NCBI GenBank assembly: GCA_965644295.1
Contig: CBFFRP010000599.1
Span: 1 to 51,205, forward strand
Reading direction: 5' to 3'
From: Paraphysomonas bandaiensis
Lineage: Eukaryota > Protista > Chrysophyceae
DNA length: 51,205 nucleotides
Shown: positions 18,661 through 32,600 of the stretch, in pieces
How the letters are laid out: every line of letters starts with the position of its first letter
How positions within the stretch are numbered: position 1 is the stretch's first letter
Made by a program: the position numbers and the translations under genes
The notes under the pieces: model-generated
The model's input: the letters and a program-made list of their open reading frames with translations, nothing else
What the model was told of the DNA's origin: nothing
Database searches by the model: none

Positions 18661-19992
18661 TGCTATGCTTTCTGATATAGTATATCCACATTAACATATA
18701 TCTAACAAGCAAGTATTTTTTAGCTTTTTCGTGTTGACATATTGCACTACCTAGCTACCTAGTAGCATTACATTATTACATTGCATATCGAATTCACCAA
18801 CTATAGCTGGTACATAGTGCATAGAGTTCTCGTCGAATACGAACATTTTGGTTGGTGTTAGTATGTTAGCATTGACTTTGTTTTGACGTGCACGTTACTT
18901 ACTATTTACTATGTGACCAACTTCATGGACATGATTGTCGCTAATGGAAAGAACTGCAAAGTTAAAAGAAACTAGATTTAGCGTCCTATATTCGTCATAT
19001 AGGATAGAATAAAGCAGGACAAAGGAACAATAGCACAATATATAGTAGTATTATAAATAAATTAAAGGGGGAGAGAGGATAGAGTAGCGTACTTGGTACT
19101 TGCCAAGTTGACTGTAAAATGACTAAAACCTGAAACACATTGCCCTAGCTTACTTTGATCACATTTTCATTTGTGGCCCCGTAATACGCCATAATCAGCG
19201 CGTATACAATTTTCACAAATACTAGAGCTAAGCTGACATACAGTTCTTTCGGTACTTTGAAATTTCAAAATAATTTGACGTGTGATACACCTGAAAGCTT
19301 GATATGGATAACGACACTACTGGTCCATCTTCTTGAATAATGAGAACAAGCACGGTCCATACCGATTGTGACACTTTACTGGTGGTATACTTCGGAATGA
19401 AGTCGGCACACTACTGAAGATGAAGTGTGGTCGTTGTAGCATTGGATGGTGTTTACCGAGAAGTTAAAACTAGTATAGTGGAGGACTAAAATAGATAGTG
19501 TATATACTAGACGCGCTGCAAAACAAGGAGAATCAAAACTAGGGAATACATGCTAGAGTGGAAGTCAGAAAAGGACAGGATGTATTCTCACAAAACAATG
19601 TTGCTGCCTTTTCTTCAAGTCGACTTGTCAAGCACCAAGACTAGTCAACTGAGACGAAACAAATTTCACTCGTACATCCGCCTAATGTGACGTCTATAAC
19701 AGAACATTCACTTGTACCATCACCAGACAACCAATAGTAATGATAGCACACTCCACTCAATCCTTATAGTAGTATCCAATGAATCTATTAGAAGATCTAC
19801 TTACGTCGCTTCTATTAGCGCATGAGCATATCTAACACTACATCACTAATCCAGTACATCAGACAGGCTCATACTTTTGATATGATTGTCTAGGAACAAC
19901 CATACTATAAACCGCTATATCATCTCTAGCTACACCGTATACGGTATACATACATACATACACACATACTACATACATACATACACACATAC

Positions 19993-20217
19993 TACATACA
20001 TACATACATACATACATACATACATACATACATACATACATACATACATACATACATACATACATACATACATACATACATACATACATACATACATACA
20101 TACATACATACATACATACATACATACATACATACATACATACATACATACATACATACATACATACATACATACATACATACATACATACATACATACA
20201 TACATACATACATACAT
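19993..20217 (+). repeat. (TACA)n microsatellite, about 56 units, with a degenerate lead-in from ~19946
   Basis: Perfect run; reverse complement of the 16916 array motif. Confidence 0.98.
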
Positions 20218-20335
20218 GTACATACGGAGATCCTTGAGGGGATATTGATGTGGGTTTGGATAGGAATCGAATTCTCTCATCGCCCTCTTTTATATTCTAG
20301 CATAGCCCAGCTTCCAGGTTAAGTGCGACTTACAG

Positions 20336-21170
20336 ATGGCAGGGCGAGGTTGTAGCATCTCAGGTGCTGTATTCATCCTCATATCTGTCTATACATCTAT
20401 GTGTATATGTATATATAATCATATTGTTATGCAGTGGAGGTCACCAGATCAACTGGAGATGAAACCGAAACATTAACATTACCAGTGGCTCTTCACAGTC
20501 CATTACATGTGTTACAAGAGCAACTTGAGGATCACAGGAATCTCTCAATCTCGTCAAGTTGTTATATTGTGTGACCTGTCAGATCCCGATAGAAACAATG
20601 ATACTCTGCTAACAGATAGACAATATCAGAGTTTATTTGAATGTGGTATTAGGTATGTTGTCTTATATGGGTACGATGGTTTGACATGACTACAGAGACG
20701 GATCAGTACTTACCCTGCACCCACTTGGTCTAGTGCGTCAGGAATCTAAAGAAGATACACTGCACCGTCTCCATAGACAGGATAGAGAAACGGAAGAGTC
20801 ATATGAACTGACTACCAGTATTACTGCTGCTAATGCGGACCACTCATACAATGGTATCATGTTTGATGTAGAAGCACGCGGACCCTTCGAGGTGTATGTT
20901 ATCTCTGTATCTGTTGGAGGTATGCTGGGCAGAGTGGTGAGTTCTCTTGAACATGACACACCTTTTAACCGGTGCATGATTTTATTGCTATTTTTGTCTT
21001 GATCTTTTTCACAGCGTGTTTTTGCCCGTGATCGTCCATGGGAGGATGGAGAAATTGAACGGTCCTCTGGGCGGTGGTGGGCACACCAAGGCAGTGTGTC
21101 AACAGAGGGTTGGGAAGAAGTTGCGGACGAGTTCTGTAGCCCATCGTGGGACCACCCTGCCCCATATTGA
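20336..21170 (+). pseudogene. Intron-containing gene with N-terminal ubiquitin-like domain, frameshifted (~20528) and apparently 3'-truncated
   Basis: Spliced reading gives …LQEQLE/RITGISQSRQVVILCD…SLFECGIR|DGSVLTLHPL (Ubl pattern), then NGIMFDVEARG…; a 2-nt correction is needed at CTTGAGGATC and coding signal is lost after ~21170. Confidence 0.55.
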
Positions 21171-22449
21171 CAGCGTAACTAATTACTGCGTGCGGCCCCC
21201 TAGTGGGTGCGGCTGAGTGCTGCTGCGATTGCTCACCTCTATCTATGTACACATTGCTTAGTTCAGCACAACCCCACCCGGGGTCTCACTGCATATTCAG
21301 CGCTGAATACCGTGTGATAATGATGTAGCTAGTTGGGATCAGTAGGTAGCTAGCAAATAACATATGGGACTTAAATCAAGTATTAGTTAGGTACCCACCC
21401 GACCCCCATCCGAATCTACCTAAGTACGCGCTCAGAATGGGGCATGTATAAATGCCAAATTATAGCTAAATATACAATGTTCATATAGTTTACAATGTAT
21501 CTGTCATGCGTTTCATCCTCTGAAGGTCATTTCACAGCCTCGCTCTGGGGGGTGATATATAGAGGAGAACGATATCTGTTTTTTCAATAGTAAATAACAA
21601 GATTTTTATTAGATGAAATCATTATTTCTTCGGTTAACAGCTGCCACAGTATATGTGTTTATGAAGTATGCACTTCTATGGTGTCTATGAAGGTGTAATC
21701 GGCTTCAGGGCTCACAGTAAGGAGTACTCGTGATATGCATAATAAGGGTGTGAGCGTGTGTCAACGTGTTATTACTCTGTATATATTTTCATACTCTCTC
21801 TATGGAAGAGATGAACGTTATACACTCTATGAGTATAAAAATATATACACTCCGTATCATCCAAGTCAACTTTAGGCCTTCGACTCATCTTCTTCTTCAT
21901 ACATACCAGATCGTCTTCTTGCTCAATAAGATGCCTAATAACGACTGAAATGACCCACTTAATGATGCCACAAATAAGTCTCTTCCTATCATTTCTTTAT
22001 ATGGTTGTTACACTGCTGTCTGAGGTCTATATTGTCGTCTAATTGTTGGTATGTTTTAATGTGTATTTGATGTCTCTGACCTCTTCTGCAGATATAGGTA
22101 TGTTATTGGGATAAACCGTATGCAAAAAATTACATTTTTTACATCAACCCTTTTCTGAATAGAATGCTCTGTTTTTAGGGTAAAACGAGTAAAAATTGTG
22201 AAAAGGTGAGAAAAAAATAAATTACCCATAGCCGTTAATCTTACGACTTTCGTAAGGTGTGGGGATAGTGAGTGGTGATGATGAGTGAGAATATTTCTCG
22301 TTTTTCTGCAGCCACTTGTCTGGTAGGACGGATGTATTCATATGTATGTATCGGTGTACTGGAACCCGATATATGCATATATTAATACTCATATAGCCTA
22401 TATATACCATAATCATCTCTGTATTGCCACTCTATTAGTCATATAAACC

Positions 22450-23757
22450 ATGAATCAGTGTTCTTATATGTCGCATATATCTGATCTTAACGATGATGTT
22501 GTTCGTGTCATCATCTCCATGATCCCACACACGGCTGTCCTTCCAGTGATCATGACTTGTAGGAGATTTCACGATATAGTATACACTGATAGGAGGAGAG
22601 TACAGTCACATGCATCTCACTACTGTATGACCAACTCAATGGTCTCATGGGCTCTGGCTATGGGCTGCCCAGAGATATGGATGATGAATACATGTGCACT
22701 ATACGGCAGACTACAGCAGATGATACACATGAAACGCGCCATCATGAGACATGATTCGCATTCACAGGACCCTCCATGTCCATGGGATAAAGGGACTTGC
22801 AATGCTGCTGCTGATGGTGGACACTTGGATGTTCTGAAGTGGCTTCGTTCACAGGACCCTCCATGTCCATGGAATGAATGTACTTGCAATGCTGCTGCTA
22901 GTGGTGGACACTTGGACGTTCTGAAGTGGCTTCGTTCACAGGACCCTCCATGTCCATGGAGTATATACACTTGCTCTACTGCTGGTGGTGATGGACAGCT
23001 AGATGTTCTGAAGTGGCTTCGTTCACAGGACCCTCCATGTCCATGGGATGAATGTACTTGCAATACTGCTGCTAGTGGTGGACACTTGGACGTTCTGAAG
23101 TGGCTTCGTTCACAGGACCCTCCATGTCCATGGGATCGCTACATTTACAACATAGCAGCTCGATATGGACAGTTGGATGTTTTGAAGTGGCTTCGTTCAC
23201 AGGACCCTTCATGTCCATGGAGTGAATGGATTTGCACTTCTGCTGCTGATGGTGGACACTTGGATGTACTGAAGTGGCTTCGTTCACAGGACCCTCCATG
23301 TCCATGGGATGAAAGGACTTGCAATGCTGCTGCTAGTGGTGGGTATGATGCTGCTAGTGGTGGACACTTGGATGTTCTGAAGTGGCTTCGTTCACAGAAC
23401 CCTCCATGTCCATGGGATGAAGATACTTGCAAAGCTGCTGCTAGTGGTGGACACTTGGATGATCTGAAGTGGCTTCGATCACAGGACCCTCCATGTCCAT
23501 GGGATGAATATACTTGCAAAGCTGCTGCTGATGGTGGACACTTGGATGTTCTGAAGTGGCTTCGTTCACAAGACCCTCCATGTCCATGGGATAAAGGTAC
23601 TTGCAATGCTGCTGCTAGTGGTGGACACTTGGACGTTCTGAAGTGGCTTCGTTCACAGGACCCTCCATATCCATGTGAAAGGTTGCGTCACAATAGGTAT
23701 GTTTCAAGAACACTATTAGAGCACAGTACTGCTGGCTCAATTTATTTATTAATATAA
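22450..23757 (+). CDS. F-box-like N-terminus plus ~10 ankyrin-like 29-aa repeats (GHLDVLKWLRSQDPPCPW type), intronless
   Basis: SDLNDDVVRVIISMI…TCRRFHDI resembles an F-box; 87-bp tandem units. This repeat type is known from giant viruses and algae. Confidence 0.85.
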   Translation: MNQCSYMSHISDLNDDVVRVIISMIPHTAVLPVIMTCRRFHDIVYTDRRRVQSHASHYCMTNSMVSWALAMGCPEIWMMNTCALYGRLQQMIHMKRAIMRHDSHSQDPPCPWDKGTCNAAADGGHLDVLKWLRSQDPPCPWNECTCNAAASGGHLDVLKWLRSQDPPCPWSIYTCSTAGGDGQLDVLKWLRSQDPPCPWDECTCNTAASGGHLDVLKWLRSQDPPCPWDRYIYNIAARYGQLDVLKWLRSQDPSCPWSEWICTSAADGGHLDVLKWLRSQDPPCPWDERTCNAAASGGYDAASGGHLDVLKWLRSQNPPCPWDEDTCKAAASGGHLDDLKWLRSQDPPCPWDEYTCKAAADGGHLDVLKWLRSQDPPCPWDKGTCNAAASGGHLDVLKWLRSQDPPYPCERLRHNRYVSRTLLEHSTAGSIYLLI

Positions 23758-24260
23758 TAATACACAGCAGATACATACCATAGTTATCTACTGTATTAAT
23801 ATAATATTTATGATTTGTTATACTTGCGTCCTATAAACTCTGAACTCGTTGTGTACTCGACTTTGTTTCAGGAAGCAGTTCTGTACGTTACACTCGATAT
23901 GACGAGTCACTTGACCCATCGGCCTGCAACTGGATGGTGGGACATAATTGTGTAGAAGAATGCAGGATCTGTGGGAGAGGTTATTGAAGCAGTCGAAGGC
24001 TTGATATGTAGATACCTTAGCTACATGCTGGTATTGTACGTTGTACACATTGTATTCTCTATTCTCTTTGTATCCTTTCTTTGAATGTCAATAATATAAG
24101 CTTCATACATGCTGATGATGCTAAAAGAATATTATCTTTTGACCTCACTTCATTTCCTGGTGCATGGGGTATTAGAATATGGACTGTATCCTAGTATATT
24201 CAATGTGGTACTTGAAGACAATGTACGAGAATACAGTGAAGTATAGTGATGTGTAGATGC

Positions 24261-24668
24261 TGTTATGATATAGAGAAAACTGAAATAGTTTGCTCTTTCA
24301 AGATATGTTTAGTAGCGAAAGGTCTACATAAATAGTGATTTATGCATGGCGCTAAACGAGGTTGTGTTGTTTATCACAACTCGTGTAAACGATTATAATA
24401 AGTCTATCTAGTTTAAGAACTTAATCTCTCTTTGATCTAAGTGAAAATGAGCGTTTTCCAACATGGTAGCGAGCGAGGAGGAGAGAAGGAGGATAGAGGA
24501 GTAGTTCCTCAGTTCAACGAGACTAATGTTGAGCAATGGATTGAGGACTTCGAGACGTTCCTCATGAGAAAGGAGCAAAGCGAGGTAGCGGTGGAACTGC
24601 CACCTAAGGAGAGCGACTTCGGGGAGCAGCCACTCACGTTGATGGAGGAGAAGCTAGATGAATGCTAG
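24261..24668 (+). mobile_element. Truncated Copia-like fragment: putative LTR end, PBS and gag N-terminus
   Basis: …CCAACA (ends 24463) followed by TGGTAGCGAGC (PBS-like, 24464-24474) and VPQFNETNVEQWIEDFETFL, similar to Copia Gag N-termini. LTR start uncertain. Confidence 0.55.
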
Positions 24669-25119
24669 TCAACCTAGTTAGACCTCTATCTATAACTAAT
24701 CAGTACAGACTCTCTTATCCTGCTATGTGTGTATGTATGTATCAGTGTACTGGAACCCGATATATGCTTAGTCTGTAGCCTATTGGATTTAGTTAATTCC
24801 CATATTTTTGGTGTTTTGCACATATTTAAAATTTTGTTCTGATTATGTTCATGATGCACACATATAACTCCCAGTTGATTTAGAAGACAACTCCTTTCAT
24901 TGTTATTAACTTGAGTATTAAATAGCAGTTGTCATCATCACTTCCAAAATTTTCAACACACTTTCAACATATTTTCAGCATTAATACATTCATCTATTTA
25001 ATACACAGAATATACATACATATATACATCATCATGTATTACAGTGACAATTACAAAAGTATACAAGGCGGAGTGAGCTCAGCATCACCACAAAAGGAGG
25101 GTCACCATGAAAAATATCA

Positions 25120-25685
25120 GTAATACTATCAGGAACAACACCGGTCATGGCTTCAGATGACACACGACAGGAGCAATACCAGTAGAAATGGCACAAGATG
25201 ATTCAGGACGAGAAGCATCAGTACCATCATCTCTGGCACAATATCAGTCAAGGCTTCAGATGACACACAATAGCAAAAACATTAGAAATGGCATAAGATG
25301 ATTCAGGACGAGAAGCATCAGTACCATCATCTCTGGGACAATATCAGTCATGGAATCTCACAGCATGGAAGCAATGACAGTAGAAAGAACATCAAATGCT
25401 TCAGGTCGAGAAGCATCAGTACTATCTGGGACAATATCCGTCATGGATTCCGACGACATGGGAGAAATACCAGTATAAGATGTCTCAAGACAAGAAGCAT
25501 TAGTACCATCTGGGACAATATCCGTCATGGACTCCGACCACATGGGGAAAATACCAGTATAAAATGTTTCAAGGTAAGAAGCACTAGTATCATCTGGACA
25601 ATATCCGTCATGGATTCCGACGACATGGGAGAAATACCAGTATAATAATATGTTTTAGGACGAGAAGCATTAGTACCATCTGAAA
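25120..25685. repeat. Degenerate tandem repeat, ~84-100-bp units, about 6 copies
   Basis: Recurrent AGAAGCATYAGTACCATC…GGACAATATCMGTCATGG. Confidence 0.8.
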
Positions 25686-25719
25686 CACATGAAACACTTC
25701 ATCATAAGCCACAATAAAC

Positions 25720-25822
25720 ATTCACAGGACCTCCATGTCCATGGAATGTAGGCACCTGTCATGCTGCTGAGGGTAGGCACTTAGATTAATTATTGGTGAA
25801 GGTATGTTTGAAGAACACTATT
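25720..25822 (+). pseudogene. Remnant of a paralogue of the ankyrin-like repeat gene
   Basis: CATTCACAGGAC-CTCCATGTCCATGG…GCTGCTGA…GCACTTAGAT matches one repeat unit; GGTATGTTTGAAGAACACTATT matches ~23696-23717. Confidence 0.75.
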
Positions 25823-26667
25823 TTCGAACTGTTATACCGGTTCGTTTTAATAATATAATATACAGTATATATTATATATATTGAAAGTCTTTTTATTTAG
25901 CAATAGGCTAAAAAATCTGCATCAATTTAGAAGCTAGATGAATGCTAGTCAACCTAGTTAGACCTCTATCTATAACTAATCAGTACAGACTCTCTTATCC
26001 TACTATTTAACGCTACGAAAGCTGCTTGTGCGTCGCCGCAAGCGCCAAGGTGCAACCACTCCCGTTCTATATATATATTATATACAATAATCGTCTAATG
26101 TATTAATATAATATTTATGTTTTGTTTTACTGGTGCCCTATAAATTCTGAGCGCGTTGTTCACTCAACTTTGTTTCAGACAGAACCAGAAATGAATGACG
26201 AGAAATGATTATCATAATTTTCATTAATTGAGAGTGTTGTTTACCATAAGTAAACATTATGCAAACGTGGGAATTTTACGATATTTTGGGAAATTTAGGA
26301 GTATTTACAGTATTTAAGTAGAAATGTTATTCTATTTGTGGTATTAGGGTTAGAGACAACAAAAAATATTAATTTTATTATAATTTTAAGTCTCATAGGA
26401 TGTAACAGAAGCGCCTTTTTGCTTACCAGCAACCACGTTATCTGCCCTCATACTACCACTGTCAACCCATTGATCATCATGATGCCAGCAGTCATTGCCC
26501 TACTCGTAGCTACATTGTTTCTAGCCACTTGTGATTTAATATACAACTTACGTACGATCATGAATACATTACATCATATATCTATCCTTTCAAATATGAA
26601 CAACAAACACTAAGTCCATGAATATTTATCACTTTCTCACTCAATTGAACTGTAGTTCACCCCATTG

Positions 26668-29600
26668 CCATCACACAAACAATACACGTCATACACTATT
26701 GTCTCTCAGTACAACATGAGCCTCTTGCATGCACTCGGCTCAACGAGAGAATATAAGTGTAGCATAACATATACAACATACCCATCACACAACCAATACT
26801 GCCTGAGCATACTATATTCACTCAGCTAACACGAACGTAGCAGCAGTATTACTGTACAACATATACCCATCACACAACCAATACACGTGATGCACTATTG
26901 TCTCTCAGTTCAACATGAGCCTCTTGCATGCACTCGGCTCAACGAGAGAATATAAGTGTAGCATAACATATACAACAAACCCATCACACAACCATTTCTG
27001 CCTGAGCATACTATATTCACTCAGCTAACACACGTAGCAGCAGTATTACTGTACAACATATACCCATCACACAACCAATACACGTGATGCACTATTGTCT
27101 CTCAGTACAACATGAGTCTCTTGCATGCACTCGGCTCAACGAGAGAATATAAGTGTAGCGTAACAATATACAATATATACCCATCACACAACCAATACAC
27201 ACGTCATACACTTTCTCTCGGTGTACCTTGCCTGAGCATACTATATTCACTCAGCTAACACACGTAGCAGCAGTATTACTGTACAACATATACCCATTAC
27301 ACGTGATGCACTATTGTCTCTCAGTTCAACATGAGCCTCTTGCACGCACTCGGCCCAACGAGAGAATATAAGTGTAGCATAACATATACAACAAACCCAT
27401 CACACAACCAATACACACCATATACACTATCTCTCGGTGCACCCTCCTGCCTGAGCATACTATATTCACTCAGCTAACACGAACGTAGCAGCAGTATTAC
27501 TGTACAACATATACCCATCACACAACCAATACACGTGATGCACTATTGTCTCTCAGTTCAACATGAGCCTGTTGCATGCACTCGGCTCAACGAGAGAATA
27601 TAAGTGTAGCATAACATATACAACAAACCCATCACACAACCAATACTGCCTGAGCATACTATATTCACTCAGCTAACACACGTAGCAGCAGTATTACTGT
27701 ACAACATATACCCATCACACAACCAATACACGTGATGCACTATTGTTTCTCAGTACAACATGAGTCTCTTGCATGCACTCGGCTCAACGAGAGAATATAA
27801 GTGTAGCGTAACAATATACAATATATACCCATCACACAACCAATACACACGTCATACACTTTCTCTCGGTGTACCTTGCCTGAGCATACTATATTCACTC
27901 AGCTAACACACGTAGCAGCAGTATTACTGTACAACATATACCCATTACACGTGATGCACTATTGTCTCTCAGTTCAACATGAGCCTCTTGCACACACTCG
28001 GCCCAACGAGAGAATATAAGTGTAGCATAACATATACAACAAACCCATCACACAACCAATACACACCATATACACTATCTCTCGGTGCACCCTCCTGCCT
28101 GAGCATACTATATTCACTCAGCTAACACGAACGTAGCAGCAGTATTACTGTACAACATATACCCATCACACAACCAATACACGTGATGCACTATTGTCTC
28201 TCAGTTCAACATGAGCCTGTTGCATGCACTCGGCTCAACGAGAGAATATAAGTGTAGCATAACATATACAACAAACCCATCACACAACCATTTCTGCCTG
28301 AGCATACTATATTCACTCAGCTAACACACGTAGCAGCAGTATTACTGTACAACATATACCCATCACACAACCAATACACGTGATGCACTATTGTTTCTCA
28401 GTACAACATGAGTCTCTTGCATGCACTCGGCTCAACGAGAGAATATAAGTGTAGCGTAACAATATACAATATATACCCATCACACAACCAATACACGTGA
28501 TGCACTATTGTTTCTCAGTACAACATGAGTCTCTTGCATGCACTCGGCTCAACGAGAGAATATAAGTGTAGCGTAACAATATACAATATATACCCATCAC
28601 ACAACCAATACACACGTCATACACTTTCTCTCGGTGCACCTTGCCTGAGCATACTATATTCACTCAGCTAACACACGTAGCAGCAGTATGACTGTACAAC
28701 ATATACCCATTACACGTGATGCACTATTGTCTCTCAGTTCAACATGAGCCTCTTGCACGCACTCGGCCCAACGAGAGAATATAAGTGTAGCATAACATAT
28801 ACAACAAACCCATCACACAACCAATACACACCATATACACTATCTCTCGGTGCACCCTCCTGCCTGAGCATACTATATTCACTCAGCTAACACGAACGTA
28901 GCAGCAGTATTACTGTACAACATATACCCATCACACAACCAATACACGTGATGCACTATTGTCTCTCAGTTCAACATGAGCCTCTTGCATGCACTCGGCT
29001 CAACGAGAGAATATAAGTGTAGCATAACATATACAACAAACCCATCACACAACCATTTCTGCCTGAGCATACTATATTCACTCAGCTAACACACGTAGCA
29101 GCAGTATTACTGTACAACATATACCCATCACACAACCAATACACGTGATGCACTATTGTCTCTCAGTACAACATGAGTCTCTTGCATGCACTCGGCTCAA
29201 CGAGAGAATATAAGTGTAGCGTAACAATATACAATATATACCCATCACACAACCAATACACACGTCATACACTTTCTCTCGGTGTACCTTGCCTGAGCAT
29301 ACTATATTCACTCAGCTAACACACGTAGCAGCAGTATTACTGTACAACATATACCCATTACACGTGATGCACTATTGTCTCTCAGTTCAACATGAGCCTC
29401 TTGCACGCACTCGGCCCAACGAGAGAATATAAGTGTAGCATAACATATACAACAAACCCATCACACAACCAATACACACCATATACACTATCTCTCGGTG
29501 CACCCTCCTGCCTGAGCATACTATATTCACTCAGCTAACACGAACGTAGCAGCAGTATTACTGTACAACATATACCCATCACACAACCAATACACGTGAT

Positions 29601-32600
29601 GCACTATTGTCTCTCAGTTCAACATGAGCCTGTTGCATGCACTCGGCTCAACGAGAGAATATAAGTGTAGCATAACATATACAACAAACCCATCACACAA
29701 CCATTTCTGCCTGAGCATACTATATTCACTCAGCTAACACACGTAGCAGCAGTATTACTGTACAACATATACCCATCACACAACCAATACACGTGATGCA
29801 CTATTGTCTCTCAGTACAACATGAGTCTCTTGCATGCACTCGGCTCAACGAGAGAATATAAGTGTAGCGTAACAATATACAATATATACCCATCACACAA
29901 CCAATACACACGTCATACACTTTCTCTCGGTGTACCTTGCCTGAGCATACTATATTCACTCAGCTAACACACGTAGCAGCAGTATGACTGTACAACATAT
30001 ACCCATTACACGTGATGCACTATTGTCTCTCAGTTCAACATGAGCCTCTTGCACGCACTCGGCCCAACGAGAGAATATAAGTGTAGCATAACATATACAA
30101 CAAACCCATCACACAACCAATACACACCATATACACTATCTCTCGGTGCACCCTCCTGCCTGAGCATACTATATTCACTCAGCTAACACGAACGTAGCAG
30201 CAGTATTACTGTACAACATATACCCATCACACAACCAATACACGTGATGCACTATTGTCTCTCAGTTCAACATGAGCCTGTTGCATGCACTCGGCTCAAC
30301 GAGAGAATATAAGTGTAGCATAACATATACAACAAACCCATCACACAACCATTTCTGCCTGAGCATACTATATTCACTCAGCTAACACACGTAGCAGCAG
30401 TATTACTGTACAACATATACCCATCACACAACCAATACACGTGATGCACTATTGTTTCTCAGTACAACATGAGTCTCTTGCATGCACTCGGCTCAACGAG
30501 AGAATATAAGTGTAGCGTAACAATATACAATATATACCCATCACACAACCAATACACACGTCATACACTTTCTCTCGGTGTACCTTGCCTGAGCATACTA
30601 TATTCACTCAGCTAACACACGTAGCAGCAGTATGACTGTACAACATATACCCATTACACGTGATGCACTATTGTCTCTCAGTTCAACATGAGCCTCTTGC
30701 ACGCACTCGGCCCAACGAGAGAATATAAGTGTAGCATAACATATACAACAAACCCATCACACAACCAATACACACCATATACACTATCTCTCGGTGCACC
30801 CTCCTGCCTGAGCATACTATATTCACTCAGCTAACACGAACGTAGCAGCAGTATTACTGTACAACATATACCCATCACACAACCAATACACGTGATGCAC
30901 TATTGTCTCTCAGTTCAACATGAGCCTGTTGCATGCACTCGGCTCAACGAGAGAATATAAGTGTAGCATAACATATACAACAAACCCATCACACAACCAT
31001 TTCTGCCTGAGCATACTATATTCACTCAGCTAACACACGTAGCAGCAGTATTACTGTACAACATATACCCATCACACAACCAATACACGTGATGCACTAT
31101 TGTTTCTCAGTACAACATGAGTCTCTTGCATGCACTCGGCTCAACGAGAGAATATAAGTGTAGCGTAACAATATACAATATATACCCATCACACAACCAA
31201 TACACGTGATGCACTATTGTTTCTCAGTACAACATGAGTCTCTTGCATGCACTCGGCTCAACGAGAGAATATAAGTGTAGCGTAACAATATACAATATAT
31301 ACCCATCACACAACCAATACACACGTCATACACTTTCTCTCGGTGCACCCTCCTGCCTGAGCATACTATATTCACTCAGCTAACACACGTAGCAGCAGTA
31401 TGACTGTACAACATATACCCATTACACGTGATGCACTATTGTCTCTCAGTTCAACATGAGCCTCTTGCACGCACTCGGCCCAACGAGAGAATATAAGTGT
31501 AGCATAACATATACAACAAACCCATCACACAACCAATACACACCATATACACTATCTCTCGGTGCACCCTCCTGCCTGAGCATACTATATTCACTCAGCT
31601 AACACGCACGTAGCAGCAGTATTACTGTACAACATATACCCATCACACAACCAATACACGTCATACACTATTGTTTCTCAGTACATAAGCCTCTTGCATG
31701 CACTCGGCTCAACGAGAGAATATAAGTGTAGCATAACATATACAACAAACCCATCACACAACCATTTCTGCCTGAGCATACTATATTCACTCAGCTAACA
31801 CACGTAGCAGCAGTATTACTGTACAACATATACCCATCACACAACCAATACACGTGATGCACTATTGTCTCTCAGTACAACATGAGTCTCTTGCATGCAC
31901 TCGGCTCAACGAGAGAATATAAGTGTAGCGTAACAATATACAATATATACCCATCACACATCCAATACACACGTCATACACTTTCTCTCGGTGCACCTTG
32001 CCTGAGCATACTATATTCACTCAGCTAACACACGTAGCAGCAGTATGACTGTACAACATATACCCATTACACGTGATGCACTATTGTCTCTCAGTTCAAC
32101 ATGAGCCTCTTGCACGCACTCGGCCCAACGAGAGAATATAAGTGTAGCATAACATATACAACAAACCCATCACACAACCAATACACACCATATACACTAT
32201 CTCTCGGTGCACCCTCCTGCCTGAGCATACTATATTCACTCAGCTAACACGCACGTAGCAGCAGTATTACTGTACAACATATACCCATCACACAACCAAT
32301 ACACGTCATACACTATTGTTTCTCAGTACATAAGCCTCTTGCATGCACTCGGCTCAACGAGAGAATATAAGTGTAGCATAACATATACAACAAACCCATC
32401 ACACAACCATTTCTGCCTGAGCATACTATATTCACTCAGCTAACACACGTAGCAGCAGTATTACTGTACAACATATACCCATCACACAACCAATACACGT
32501 GATGCACTATTGTCTCTCAGTACAACATGAGTCTCTTGCATGCACTCGGCTCAACGAGAGAATATAAGTGTAGCGTAACAATATACAATATATACCCATC

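Noticed and set aside
18900-19903. Possible multi-exon minus-strand gene (several GTAAG/GTATG donors, short open segments such as ALIMAYYGATNENVIK)
   Set aside because: I could not assemble a consistent stop-free spliced ORF or recognise a domain; RNA-seq is needed.
16818-20280. MYVC/HTYI repeat ORFs
   Set aside because: Translations of the tetranucleotide microsatellites.
25298-25645. ORFs over the degenerate 84-100-bp repeat
   Set aside because: Unit lengths are not consistently multiples of three and no domain is recognisable.
25998-26070. Helitron-like terminus (TCCTACTAT… and GCTTG…CAAGC hairpin)
   Set aside because: Motifs too short, no CTRR end or Rep/helicase to support it.
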